From Spirochaetia bacterium (lineage in GTDB: Bacteria; Spirochaetota; Spirochaetia; DSM-16054; Sediminispirochaetaceae): a stretch of 64,000 nucleotides of DNA. Below, in pieces: positions 19,096-29,518 of the stretch. The number at the start of each line of letters is the position of its first letter. Within the stretch, counting starts at the first letter, position 1. The DNA is taken from the NCBI GenBank assembly GCA_034520965.1, contig JAXHMY010000007.1, positions 162,785 to 226,784 of the forward strand. The letters are read 5' to 3'. A program made the position numbers and the translations under genes. The notes under the pieces are model-generated. The model was given only the letters and a program-made list of their open reading frames with translations, made no database searches and was not told the DNA's origin.

Positions 19096-19710
19096 GTGAC
19101 GTCTTACAATATTAATTTCGAAAACATCTACCACATAGTCAGCAACGAGAAGTTTCTGCGAATGGAAGGTCTGGGGAATGAGGTTCCGTTTTTTATTCAG
19201 ACCTACGATATAAAGCTGCAAGACAAGGTCTATTCCGAGATACATACGCTGAGTAAGCGCCTCGAGACACACGGAATCTCGGTCCTAACTGTAGGTATAT
19301 ATGATGTTGCCATAGATTACCTGCAGGAAAGTGGAAAGCTTGAGAAACTGTTTAAGGCGGAGCAAAGAACAGATAAAGCGAAATTCGAGCGTGAGCTTGG
19401 GAATAAAATTCTCAATCCGCAGAAAATTATAGTACCGCGGATGATGGACATGCGGAGAGAGGCGGAAGCTCAATTGATACTGCTCCATCAGGTGGGCGAG
19501 GTTTTTCCGTATATCCGCACACATACATTGCTGCAGCAACTGCAGAATCATTTTAGCGATATTCCTTTGGTACTTTTTTACCCGGGGGAATATGTGACCT
19601 CATATCAGGAGGGTTTTTACCTGTCACTGTTCGGCGATCCGAACTTCAAAGGTGATTACTACCGTGCATTCAAATTAGAAGATTACAAAATTCGTGGGAG
19701 GATAGAATAG
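19096..19710 (+). CDS. brxB: BREX protein BrxB (DUF1788)
   Basis: GLGNEVPFFI, VGEVFPYIRTH, PLVLFYPGEY, YYRAF. Confidence 0.92.
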   Translation: MTSYNINFENIYHIVSNEKFLRMEGLGNEVPFFIQTYDIKLQDKVYSEIHTLSKRLETHGISVLTVGIYDVAIDYLQESGKLEKLFKAEQRTDKAKFERELGNKILNPQKIIVPRMMDMRREAEAQLILLHQVGEVFPYIRTHTLLQQLQNHFSDIPLVLFYPGEYVTSYQEGFYLSLFGDPNFKGDYYRAFKLEDYKIRGRIE

Positions 19711-22700
19711 ATGGCGAGGCTTGGCGATATTCTGGTTCGCGATATACACCGTACAATTGACGGGGTTATCAAGGCTGATGATAAAACGCATATTTTACAA
19801 GAGGTTGATGAGTATGTGCTGACCAATGAGATACAGAAGTATCTCGATAAGGTGATGCGAGGGTACCGGGATTCGATTGAGAGAAGCCAAACCAACTCTC
19901 CATATCCCTGGAACGGAGTATGGATCAGCGGGTATTTTGGATCCGGTAAATCCCATCTTCTCAAGATTCTCTCCTATATTTTAGACAATCAAACAGTGGA
20001 CGGAGAGTCGCTGTTGAAAAAGTTTCTCCCCAAAGTGCGTGATGACATAGTACGGGGAGATTTCGAGCAGGCGGCCAGGATCCCCTCGGTGAGCATCCTG
20101 TTCAATATTGACCAACAGGCGGATGCGGCTAAATCGAAGGATGAAAATGCCCTGTTGTTTATCTTTGAGAAGGTATTCAACCGCATGCGGGGTTTTTTAG
20201 AGGATGATCCGGTCATTGCCAATTTTGAGGAAGACCTTTCAAAAAAGGAGCGTTACGAGGAGTTCAAAGCATTCTACCAGCAGCGAAATGGGGTGAGCTG
20301 GGTTGAGGATCGCAGCGACGTGATGCTTTTAGAGCAAGACCGCTTTGCCGAAACATGGATGGAGTTTGATGGGTGTAGCCGCGAAGAGGCCGGTCGCTTG
20401 CTGGAGCGTTACGAAAACTCATATTCGCTTTCCGTAGAGGGGTTTGCAAAACGGGTAAAAAGCTGGCTGGATGCCCAGGATGATTCTCGTTTTCGGCTCA
20501 ATTTTTTTATTGATGAGGTGGGGCAGTTTATAACCGGATATCCCCGGCTTACTCTGAACTTACAGACGATTGCCGAATCTCTGGGAACTATTTGTCAGGG
20601 CCGGGTATGGATATTCGTCACCAGCCAGGAGAGTCTGAATACTGTGGTGGGGGACAGTAACACCGAGCAGTCATACGACTTTTCAAAAATACGCGATCGG
20701 TTTCATTTTCGAATTCCTCTCAGTTCTGCCGACGTAAAAGAGGTCATTCAGCGGAGGCTTCTGGAGAAAAACGAAGAGGGGCGTGAGAAGCTTGGCGAGC
20801 TGTTTATGCATGAGCGAGAGAGTTTTAAAACCCTGTTCAGCTTTCAGCAGGGGGTAAAGGAGCTGCATTTCAAGGGTAAGGAAGATTTTATTCTCTCGTA
20901 TCCCTTTCAGGCTTACCAGTATCATTTGCTGCAGCAGGCCTTAAAAGGACTTTCGGAGCACAATGCGTTTATGGGCCGGCATGTCTCGCGGGGTGAGCGT
21001 TCGATGTTGGAGATATTTCAAGATGTCGGCCGTGATATAGAGAGTAAAGAGCTGTTTACCTGGGCGGCCTTTGACCAGATGTTTGCGGGGATTCGAAATA
21101 CCTTACAGAGTTCGCTGCTCAATGCGATAAACCTGGCCGAGCGCAATATTGACAAGCAAATGGCGGTGCGGCTGCTAAAAATCCTGCTCCTAGTAAAATA
21201 CATAAAGGATTTTACCGCGACCGTAGACCACCTTTCTGTACTGCTACTTTCTAATATGGATCAGGATTTAGCAAAACTGAAAGAGGAGGTGCGCGAAGCA
21301 CTAAACCTGCTCGAGCGTCAAAGCTATATCGAGCGCCATGGTGAGGAGTATGAATACCTTACCAACGAAGAGAAGGACGTAGAGGAGGAGATTAAAAACG
21401 CCCATGTGGATATCGATGAGATGCGCAAATTCTTTGACGATGTTATTTTTGGCAGTGTTATCAAGGGCAGCAAGATTCGCTACGGTGAAAATGGTCAGGA
21501 CTATCCCTTTCGTAAATTGATCGACGGAGAGTCGATGAAGTCCGGTACGCATGCCGATATCTCAATCAATATTATCAGCCCCTTTCATCCGAACACCGGT
21601 GATAAAAACACTATTCTCCAGCAGTCTGTCGGTAAAAAAGAGATGCTGGTGTTTCTTGTTACCGAGCCGCGCTTTGCCGGGGACCTTACCCTGTACTTCA
21701 AAACCCAAAATTACATTCAAAAAAAGCAGGGTCATGTGAGCAACGCCACCCGTAAGCGCATCATTTCGGATAAACAAAACCGAAATTATGAGCGGCGTGA
21801 TCAGTTGACCCGTGAGATGAGAGATGCCCTGGAAACTGCCGAGATATACGCCTTCGACAGTAAGCTGGATATAGGAAAAAAGAGTCCCAAGGACAGAATT
21901 GAAGAGGCCTTTCAGCTGTTTATACAGACTGCTTATCCGTATCTGGGTATGCTGAAAAATACCTACTCGGAAGATCAGTTGTCCAAAATTCTTTTTCCCA
22001 GCGATGCCGATGCCCTGGACGGATCCGGCGGATTAGCTATGCAGGAGGATGAAAAGGAGCTGTACAACTATATTGTGAGAGTTGATGCGGGAAATGAGAA
22101 GGTGGTGCTGAGCAGCCTGATGTATGAGTTTCAGGGTGGTCAGCATGGGTGGTACCCGTTTGCCATTCTCTGCCTGGTGGCCAAGCTCTACATGCGGGAT
22201 GCAATTGAGATTTTCATCGGAACCAAGCCACAGGATACTGCACGGGTATACGATATTCTGCGGAAAAATCGTGATCTCGAGCAGGTGGTAATCAAGCCGG
22301 CGGCTCAGTTTCGGGATGAAGAGGTAGAGGCATTAAAACGTTTCTATAAAGAGTTTTTTCTGTTCAACAGCACCAAGGAGAAGGGGAAGGAAGTTGCGAT
22401 TGAATTCAAAAAATCGCTCAATAATGAGCTTGAGAATGTGCAGACTTATTTAGCCCAGAAAGTTCAGTACCCTTTCTTAGAAAAATTAGAGCCCTATTAC
22501 TCTCAATTGAACGAACTTGTTCATAAAAATGAGTACAGTTATTTCTTGAAAAATAGAGAGGAGTTTGAAGAAGATCTTCTGTTTGGAAAAGAGGAGATCT
22601 ATAATCCGATAGAGAAGTTTTTTAAGGCACAGCAGAATGAGCTGTGGAAGAACCTACGTGATTATCTCAAGACCCATGAGCCGAATCTTTCCGAACTCAA

Positions 22701-23223
22701 TATGCAGAGCGAGGTTCAGAAGGCCTGGGACTTGCTTGATTCTGAGGAGCCCTATAAACAGAGCCGAGTAAAAAAGGCGAAGGATATTGTCGAGGCAATA
22801 AAAGAAAAAGAGAATGAGCAATTGCCTATAGTTATTAAGAAGGCGAAGGCTACAGTAGATAAGTATCTTGCTGATCTAAAGGAGATCGAAGAGTTCGACA
22901 AATTGTCTCAAGGGGACAAGCAGGAGATTATCAAACCGTTTGAGCTGTTACGCGATAACGAGATCGAGCAGCATAGTATTTTTCCGGTGATTCGGGACAA
23001 GGCAGTTGAGAAGGGTGAACGTCTATTCGAAGAGGCCCGTGATCGAATACACACGAAGACGAACCCAGAGAAAAAGATCCTCTACGCCTCTGCCTCCGAG
23101 AAAAAGGTCAATTTTTCTAAGCCGGAGCTGGTGAGTGAAGAGGATGTAAATGCATACGCAGAACAGTTGCGAAAGCAGTATAAGAATTTGATCAAGGCAG
23201 GAAAGAGGATTGGATTGTCATAG
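19711..23223 (+). CDS. brxC: BREX P-loop ATPase BrxC
   Basis: 1170 aa; GVIKAD, VWISGYFGSGKSHLLK, IDEVGQFI, VTSQE, SRGERSML. Confidence 0.95.
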   Translation: MARLGDILVRDIHRTIDGVIKADDKTHILQEVDEYVLTNEIQKYLDKVMRGYRDSIERSQTNSPYPWNGVWISGYFGSGKSHLLKILSYILDNQTVDGESLLKKFLPKVRDDIVRGDFEQAARIPSVSILFNIDQQADAAKSKDENALLFIFEKVFNRMRGFLEDDPVIANFEEDLSKKERYEEFKAFYQQRNGVSWVEDRSDVMLLEQDRFAETWMEFDGCSREEAGRLLERYENSYSLSVEGFAKRVKSWLDAQDDSRFRLNFFIDEVGQFITGYPRLTLNLQTIAESLGTICQGRVWIFVTSQESLNTVVGDSNTEQSYDFSKIRDRFHFRIPLSSADVKEVIQRRLLEKNEEGREKLGELFMHERESFKTLFSFQQGVKELHFKGKEDFILSYPFQAYQYHLLQQALKGLSEHNAFMGRHVSRGERSMLEIFQDVGRDIESKELFTWAAFDQMFAGIRNTLQSSLLNAINLAERNIDKQMAVRLLKILLLVKYIKDFTATVDHLSVLLLSNMDQDLAKLKEEVREALNLLERQSYIERHGEEYEYLTNEEKDVEEEIKNAHVDIDEMRKFFDDVIFGSVIKGSKIRYGENGQDYPFRKLIDGESMKSGTHADISINIISPFHPNTGDKNTILQQSVGKKEMLVFLVTEPRFAGDLTLYFKTQNYIQKKQGHVSNATRKRIISDKQNRNYERRDQLTREMRDALETAEIYAFDSKLDIGKKSPKDRIEEAFQLFIQTAYPYLGMLKNTYSEDQLSKILFPSDADALDGSGGLAMQEDEKELYNYIVRVDAGNEKVVLSSLMYEFQGGQHGWYPFAILCLVAKLYMRDAIEIFIGTKPQDTARVYDILRKNRDLEQVVIKPAAQFRDEEVEALKRFYKEFFLFNSTKEKGKEVAIEFKKSLNNELENVQTYLAQKVQYPFLEKLEPYYSQLNELVHKNEYSYFLKNREEFEEDLLFGKEEIYNPIEKFFKAQQNELWKNLRDYLKTHEPNLSELNMQSEVQKAWDLLDSEEPYKQSRVKKAKDIVEAIKEKENEQLPIVIKKAKATVDKYLADLKEIEEFDKLSQGDKQEIIKPFELLRDNEIEQHSIFPVIRDKAVEKGERLFEEARDRIHTKTNPEKKILYASASEKKVNFSKPELVSEEDVNAYAEQLRKQYKNLIKAGKRIGLS

Positions 23224-23425
23224 AGATATTTAGATGGTGTTCATTGAGAAGAACCGAGTAGAACGTCAATTCAAGAATATAACACTGATGTTATATAGTC
23301 TCAAGGAATGTTATTACTATTAAGATTCCAGGTATAGGATTTACCGGTAGCATGGTGACGTTATATTTAGATACCATGGTAATTACATCTATTTTAGAGG
23401 CGATGTTAAAAAAGGGAGGTTGCAG

Positions 23426-24265
23426 ATGGAAACAAACCAGCTCGAAAGCTGGACAAACAGAGGCGCAATTCAATCGTCGATAAACTCACATGAGGCCATT
23501 CGCTCTGCATTATCTTCAAGTACCGGACTATCCAATAGTAATTACGAAGTATACCTCCAGGGATCCTGATAAGAATAGTACAAATATCCGGGGAATAGCG
23601 ATGTCGATGTGGTAGTACAATTAAATAGCTGTTTCTACTCTAATCTCTCCGATTCTGAAAAATCTCAATTAGGATTAATACCAGCATCATACGGTTTAAG
23701 CGACTTTCGCCACAATGTAATGGACGCATTGGTCAATCGATTTGGTTCAGCGAACGTTGTGCAAGGAAACAAATCAGTTAAGATACAATTTAATTCTACC
23801 GGTGTCGTGCCTGCAGACGTCGTTGTGTGTATTGAATACCGACACTATTCAGCACTCAGGGTTTTATATACTGGAATGGGATTCCTAACCAACGCAGGAC
23901 AAGAACTCATTATTAACTATCCAAAGCTTCATTATGAAAACGGTACAAAAAAATCAGACCGAACCAGTGGGGCATATAAGAAAACCGTACGTATGTTCAA
24001 GAATGCAAACCGATATTTTAGAGAGCGGTACCAAGCACGAACTGTTCCTTCGTATCTTATAGAATGTTCACTTTATAATATAAAAGATTCGCTGTTTAGT
24101 TTTCAGTTGAGGGATAGGTTCTACAAGATAGCGTCACTACTTGCAGAAGATGATGTGAGTAATTTTGTTTCTCAGAATGGGATAGGTACACTTTGGGGGA
24201 ATCGTCCCGATCAGTTTGAAGCGAGTTTACTTCGAAAGTTCGCTTGCAATATGCAGAAACTTTAG
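23426..24265 (+). pseudogene. CBASS CD-NTase (CdnE-like), interrupted by compensating +1/-1 indels at about 23567-23595
   Basis: METNQLESW...YEVYLQGS then TGATAA; removing one G and adding one G gives QGSYKNSTNIRGNSDVDVVV; later GNKSVKI, ADVVVC, IINYPKLHYENG, YKKTVRMFKN, PSYLIECSLYN. Confidence 0.85.
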
Positions 24266-24271
24266 GGGGGG

Positions 24272-24838
24272 ATGATGCACGGATATACATATAAGACCAA
24301 AAATCGGGGCCAAACCTATTTCATTATGGTGTTTATTTCAATTGTTGCGTTTGATTTACTCAGTACCGGATTGGACAGAGCTCAGCTCGAATTCCCTTGG
24401 TACCTCTCCATACCTTCGGCTTCTGCATTATTCGGTGCAATCTACTACATGTACTCACAGTGTTTATGGAAAATGTCTATACTGGATTATCCACCATTAA
24501 TAGCTGGAAGATGGAAGGGACAAGTTAATTCCTCCTGGTCAGATCACCCTACAGAGGCAACGCTTACGCTTAAACAGACTTGGAATAAGATTTCGGTACG
24601 ACTGGAAACGGAATATTCAGATTCGTATAGCCTCGGAGCTTTTTTTGCATCCGAAGGAGATACACACTTGCATTATGAGTACTTGAACACCCCAAGAAAC
24701 AACTCACCGTCTACGCAGAACACTCACCACGGGACTGCAAAGATTATCCAAAAGAGCAGAACTAAGCTCATCTGCCAGTATTATAGTGACCGAGATCGTA
24801 GTAATATTGGAACTATATATCTTCAGAAAACTAATTAA
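24272..24838 (+). CDS. CBASS Cap15-like 2TM + beta-barrel effector
   Basis: Two N-terminal TM helices, then GRWKGQVNSSW, QTWNKISVRLETEYSDSYS, YEYLNTP, HHGTA, YYSDRDR; follows the CD-NTase. Confidence 0.88.
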   Translation: MMHGYTYKTKNRGQTYFIMVFISIVAFDLLSTGLDRAQLEFPWYLSIPSASALFGAIYYMYSQCLWKMSILDYPPLIAGRWKGQVNSSWSDHPTEATLTLKQTWNKISVRLETEYSDSYSLGAFFASEGDTHLHYEYLNTPRNNSPSTQNTHHGTAKIIQKSRTKLICQYYSDRDRSNIGTIYLQKTN

Positions 24839-25066
24839 GCGCATTTTTTAATGATGAATAACTGCGATTTGCCGGTGTTTTTGACTTTTACTTTCATTTG
24901 CCAGGTTTTCTGTATACCAAACGGTTGGTGTTGATCTGGTATTGAATATGGCAAAAAGATTTTTAAATTGGAGAACCGAAATTAAACTGATTAAAGAATT
25001 TCTAAAAAGATCATTAAAATTAATGGGGTAAGCCAGCAGGTAAGCGATGACTAAAGAAAATGGAAT

Positions 25067-25215
25067 ATGAAATTAAATAATAAAGAAGAGTATCGTAAAG
25101 CTAACAGCATGGTTAATTGTCTATTTGAAGTTCAGTCAGACTCAAATGATGGGATTACATAAAATAAACTCGTAGATCTTATAGCCGAATATGAGGAAGA
25201 GAATGTTCCTTTTGG
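25067..25215 (+). pseudogene. Decayed HigA-like antitoxin N-terminal remnant
   Basis: MKLNNKEEYRKANSMV...*NKLVDLIAEYEEENVPF, resembles the 28076 ORF. Confidence 0.45.
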
Positions 25216-25278
25216 GAAATATGGTTTTGATAAAAAGGTTAAACATCATATGAGTAAACAATTAAGAGGTATAAGTAT

Positions 25279-27114
25279 ATGGATTTAAACAAATTAAAAA
25301 AATTCTCCCGCAACATGCGCGTGAAACTGATAGAACAGATTGAACAGCGTCTTAATTATGTGGTTGGGGTGGAAGATGAATATACCCGGGCGCATGCTGG
25401 TGAGATTAAGATAATTAATAAGCTCATTAATAAAGAAGGGAAGGAACAGTTTCTCGAAGAGGTTGCGTACACCTGGTTCAACAGACTTGCCGCACTTCGA
25501 TATATGGATGTAAAAGGCTACAACAAGACGAAGATTGTATCGCCTTCTGAGGGAGAATCACAATCGCAGCTCCTTGCCGTGATAAAACAGGGAAAGCTGC
25601 CGGAGGAAATCAAGCGGGTATCTGATCAGGTATTCGGATATCTCGATGGCAAAATAAAGGCACAACAACCGGACCGGGAAGCATACCGCACGGCTCTGCT
25701 TGCGATGTGTAATGATCTGGGGCGTATTCTTCCTTTTCTCTTCAAGCAGGTTGACGACTGGGCTGCTCTGCTGTTACCGACGGACCTTTTGTCTCCCCAA
25801 TCTATTATTGCAGAATTCCGTGAAGGCATGGGTGATGAGGAGTGCAGTGATGTAGAGATTATCGGCTGGCTCTATCAGTTCTATATTGCGGAGAAAAAGA
25901 ACAAGGTTATCGGTGATCTCAAGAAAAATAAAAAGATAGAAAAAGAAAATATTCCTGCTGCTACCCAGCTCTTTACTCCACATTGGATTGTCCGGTATAT
26001 GACTGAAAACTCCCTTGGGCGTCTATGGATGTTGAATCGTCCAGAGTCGAAGATCATTGAAGGGATGGAATATTACATTCCATCGGAGGATATCGAGGAC
26101 GATTTTCTTATAATAAGAGGCCCTGAAGAAATCAAAATCTGCGATCCTGCATGTGGAAGTGGCCATATGCTTACCTACGCGTTTGATCTTCTCTACCGAA
26201 TGTATGAGGAGGATGGTTATTCGTCAGGAGAAATTCCAGAGCTTATTATCAGAAATAACCTTTATGGGCTCGAGATTGACGAGAGAGCGGGGGAGTTAGC
26301 GGCGTTTGCCCTTACGATGAAGGCCCGCGAGAGGGATCGGTATTTTTTTAGACGTGGTTTATATCCGATGATACGGGTGCTTCATCCGGTGGATCTAAGC
26401 GATTTCTCAGAGCTGAAGGAACTTGTGAATTTCCTTTCCGGAGATGACATTGACCGCGATACGGTTCTCCATGATCTCAGGCTTTTCAAAGCGGCGGATA
26501 ATTTCGGGTCACTACTAAGGCCAAGTTTAACTGAATTGGAATGTGAGAAGGCACTGAAAAGACTTGATGAGTATGAAGCAGGGTTAGCGAATCCTTCTCT
26601 GGAGGAAATGGAACTCGTAACCCGCTGCAGAAACGCTTTAGGCCATGCACGCATGCTCTCCCGGAAGTATCATGTGGTCATAGCCAATCCGCCGTATATG
26701 GGGAACAAAGGCTTAAATAATAATCTGAAAAGTTTACTGCAGGATGAGTATTTAGATGTAAAGTCGGATCTTTTTTCAGCATTTATAGTAAGAAATACCG
26801 AACTTACATTACCACAAGGACAACTTGGTTTTATGACACCTTTTGTTTGGATGTTCATATCTTCCTATGAAAAACTACGATTATTCATGATTGATAATAA
26901 AACGATTACCTCTCTTGTTCAGTTAGAGTATTCGGGTTTTGAAGGAGCTACTGTTCCTGTATGTACCTTTACATTAGAGAATGCCCATAAACCTAAATTC
27001 CGAGGTGGGTATGTTCGATTGGCTGATTTTAAGGGAGCAGCTAAGCAGGGTCCTAAGGCATTAGAGATTATTCAGTCATATCGTGATTCAAGGAGATCAA
27101 ATGATATTCACTAA
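25279..27114 (+). CDS. pglX: BREX adenine methyltransferase PglX, N-terminal catalytic half
   Basis: EEVAYTWFNR, VEIIGWLYQFY, IPAATQLFTPHWIV, DPACGSGHML, IANPPYMG; ends at 611 aa. Confidence 0.95.
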   Translation: MDLNKLKKFSRNMRVKLIEQIEQRLNYVVGVEDEYTRAHAGEIKIINKLINKEGKEQFLEEVAYTWFNRLAALRYMDVKGYNKTKIVSPSEGESQSQLLAVIKQGKLPEEIKRVSDQVFGYLDGKIKAQQPDREAYRTALLAMCNDLGRILPFLFKQVDDWAALLLPTDLLSPQSIIAEFREGMGDEECSDVEIIGWLYQFYIAEKKNKVIGDLKKNKKIEKENIPAATQLFTPHWIVRYMTENSLGRLWMLNRPESKIIEGMEYYIPSEDIEDDFLIIRGPEEIKICDPACGSGHMLTYAFDLLYRMYEEDGYSSGEIPELIIRNNLYGLEIDERAGELAAFALTMKARERDRYFFRRGLYPMIRVLHPVDLSDFSELKELVNFLSGDDIDRDTVLHDLRLFKAADNFGSLLRPSLTELECEKALKRLDEYEAGLANPSLEEMELVTRCRNALGHARMLSRKYHVVIANPPYMGNKGLNNNLKSLLQDEYLDVKSDLFSAFIVRNTELTLPQGQLGFMTPFVWMFISSYEKLRLFMIDNKTITSLVQLEYSGFEGATVPVCTFTLENAHKPKFRGGYVRLADFKGAAKQGPKALEIIQSYRDSRRSNDIH

Positions 27115-28036
27115 TAACGGCGTCGTGTATTCGCGGATCGAGTTCAGGAGCGAGGAAGAAGTAGAGAATGTGGTCATCGATAACTTTAAACTTCTGTTCG
27201 GCGATTATTCCATCCTCCTGCCAAAACGGCTGATTGCAACTTCGGGTGGGAAGGGAACCATACCCGACGGTATTATCATCAATTTCGAGGAAGATCTGTG
27301 GTATATCCTTGAGGTTGAACGCGGGATCCACGGTACCTGGGAGCATATTGCGCCGCAGGTGGTAAAGCAGATAACTGCTATGCAGAACGGGGAAACCAAG
27401 AACAAGATTGTCGATAACTGTATCAGAGAGATCGGAAAGAAAAGTGGTTTTACCGATCTGCTGGCTGAGATCGATATTCAAGAAATAGGTATTCATGGAC
27501 GCTTGAATAGGATTCTCAAAAAAGAACCGATAGTGGCCTTGCCGATTGACATGATTCCCAATGATCTCGAAGAGTGGGCAAAAAGCTTGCGTGTACCGGT
27601 AAAAATTTGGCTTGTAGAAAAGTATTCCGACCTGCAGGGAAATATTCTCTACCACATACCCGATATCGAGGAGCACCTTGCGCAAGCAGAGAATGGGCTG
27701 AGTTATACTGAAGAGGAGCTTCGCAGCGGGAACCTGCTTGAGAAGGTGGTAAAGGCAGGTTTTCTCCATGATGGACAACGAGTATATATGGACTACGGGA
27801 AAAAGGGGCAGCCGAAGACCCACTTCGATGGGATAATACGAGTAGATGGCATAGATGTAGACGGTACTGTTTCTTCTCCCAGTATATCTTCACTGCGCTG
27901 TATACAATCGGTTAATCCTGAACGGACCACTTCAAACGGCTGGGTTACCTGGAAGACAGAAGACGGCAAACTCATCGATGATGCGTATCAACGGTTTAAG
28001 GAGAGTATTCGAGAAAGTGAGAATACGGTACAATAA
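27101..28036 (+). CDS. PD-(D/E)XK endonuclease fused to a RAMA-like domain
   Basis: EEEVEN...IPDGII...ILEVER; C-term LVKAGFL-like segment, SPS, SNGWVTWK typical of RAMA; AGGAG RBS, overlaps the pglX-N stop. Confidence 0.7.
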   Translation: MIFTNNGVVYSRIEFRSEEEVENVVIDNFKLLFGDYSILLPKRLIATSGGKGTIPDGIIINFEEDLWYILEVERGIHGTWEHIAPQVVKQITAMQNGETKNKIVDNCIREIGKKSGFTDLLAEIDIQEIGIHGRLNRILKKEPIVALPIDMIPNDLEEWAKSLRVPVKIWLVEKYSDLQGNILYHIPDIEEHLAQAENGLSYTEEELRSGNLLEKVVKAGFLHDGQRVYMDYGKKGQPKTHFDGIIRVDGIDVDGTVSSPSISSLRCIQSVNPERTTSNGWVTWKTEDGKLIDDAYQRFKESIRESENTVQ

Positions 28037-28075
28037 GGTTTCCATGAAGGCAAAAGTTATCCTCTGGGGGTACAT

Positions 28076-28270
28076 ATGAAGCTGATAAAGAACGAGAAGG
28101 ACTACGAGCAAGCACTGTCGCGAGTTGAAGAGCTCATAGACATCGAACCGCTTGAAGGGAGCGATGAGGCGGAAGAGCTTGAACTACTTGCTCTTTTAAT
28201 CAACACCTATGAAGATAAAGTTTATCCGATTAAAATACCGGATGGAACAGCAGGGTTTGACCCGCAATAG
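28076..28270 (+). pseudogene. Truncated HigA-like antitoxin (no HTH)
   Basis: IKNEKDYEQALSRVEELID...ELELLALLINTYEDKVYPI. Confidence 0.7.
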
Positions 28271-28338
28271 TATATGAACCAAAGTGTACTAAATTGCCGG
28301 GTGTCAATATATCTGAGAAGATGTAGGCGGTATAGCAA

Positions 28339-29502
28339 ATGAAGATAAAGCGTTTAATACTTAAAAATTGGAAAAATTTTACGGATGTAGATGTCGGCCT
28401 TGCTTCCCGCTCTTTCATCGTTGGGCCAAACGCATCGGGAAAGTCGAATCTCCTCGACAGTCTCCGTTTTTTGCATGATATCAGCCGACCGGGAAGGGGT
28501 CTTGCAAAGGCCCTTTCCGACAGAGGCGGGCTTAAGAAAATACGCTCCCTTTCGGCAAGAAAAGAACCACAGGTAGAAATAAAAATCGAACTGGAAGAGG
28601 CGGATAAAACAAAGTCTACTACATGGACATATCATCTAAGTCTTATCAATGAAGTACGTGGAACGCATCGTACGCTCATAGAAAAAGAACGGGTAACGAA
28701 GGATGGTGAGATACTCCTTAACCGCCCCGATAAAGACGATGAAAGTGATTCTCTCCGTCTAACTCAAACCAGCTTGGAACAAATAAATGTAAACAGCGCA
28801 TTCAGGGAATTGTATACGTTCTTTCAAGATATTGGTTACATCCATCTGATCCCGCAGATTATACGACAGCCGGAACTCTTTTTTAATACAAACATAAAAA
28901 TAGACGATGATTCGTACGGATTTCATTTTCTCGAAAGTATCGTGAATGCCTCCCCGCAGAAAAAGAGATCTCGATTAAAAAAAATTGAACAGGCCTTAAA
29001 AATTGCGGTTCCACAGCTTACCGACCTTAGAGAATCAAGAGATGAGAAGGGGGTGCCGCATCTCGAGGCTACGTACGAGCATTGGCGGCCGAATGCGGGG
29101 AAGCAGCAGGAAAGAGAGTTTTCGGACGGAACTATACGGCTTATTGGCCTATTGTGGTCTATTCTCGAAGGTAAATCAGTTATCCTATTAGAGGAACCGG
29201 AATTGTCGCTTCACCCGGCTATTGTACGTAAAATCCCGCAAATAATTCATAACATTACAAGGGGTAAGGGGAACAATATACAAATCATGCTGAGTACACA
29301 TAGTCCTGATCTCCTCTCCGACGGTTCGATATCGGCAAAAGAAATAATACTGTTAGATGCGGCCAAAGAGGGAACGCGAGTAAGAACAGCACATGATATT
29401 GATGATGTACGAACATTGCTTGAATCAGGTTTGAGTCCAGAAGAGGTAGTTATACCTTTCAGCTCTCCGAAAGATGCGGAACAGCTGTCACTATTTAAAT
29501 AA
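28339..29502 (+). CDS. ABC-type (AAA_21-like) ATPase
   Basis: LKNWKNF, GPNASGKSN, FSDGTIR, LLEEPELSLHP, LSTHSPDLL. Confidence 0.92.
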   Translation: MKIKRLILKNWKNFTDVDVGLASRSFIVGPNASGKSNLLDSLRFLHDISRPGRGLAKALSDRGGLKKIRSLSARKEPQVEIKIELEEADKTKSTTWTYHLSLINEVRGTHRTLIEKERVTKDGEILLNRPDKDDESDSLRLTQTSLEQINVNSAFRELYTFFQDIGYIHLIPQIIRQPELFFNTNIKIDDDSYGFHFLESIVNASPQKKRSRLKKIEQALKIAVPQLTDLRESRDEKGVPHLEATYEHWRPNAGKQQEREFSDGTIRLIGLLWSILEGKSVILLEEPELSLHPAIVRKIPQIIHNITRGKGNNIQIMLSTHSPDLLSDGSISAKEIILLDAAKEGTRVRTAHDIDDVRTLLESGLSPEEVVIPFSSPKDAEQLSLFK

Positions 29503-29518
29503 TACAGATGGAAATAGT

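Noticed and set aside
23567..23580. TGA in the CD-NTase as selenocysteine or read-through
   Set aside because: Immediately followed by TAA and TAG; the conserved motif continues in a shifted frame, so indels explain it
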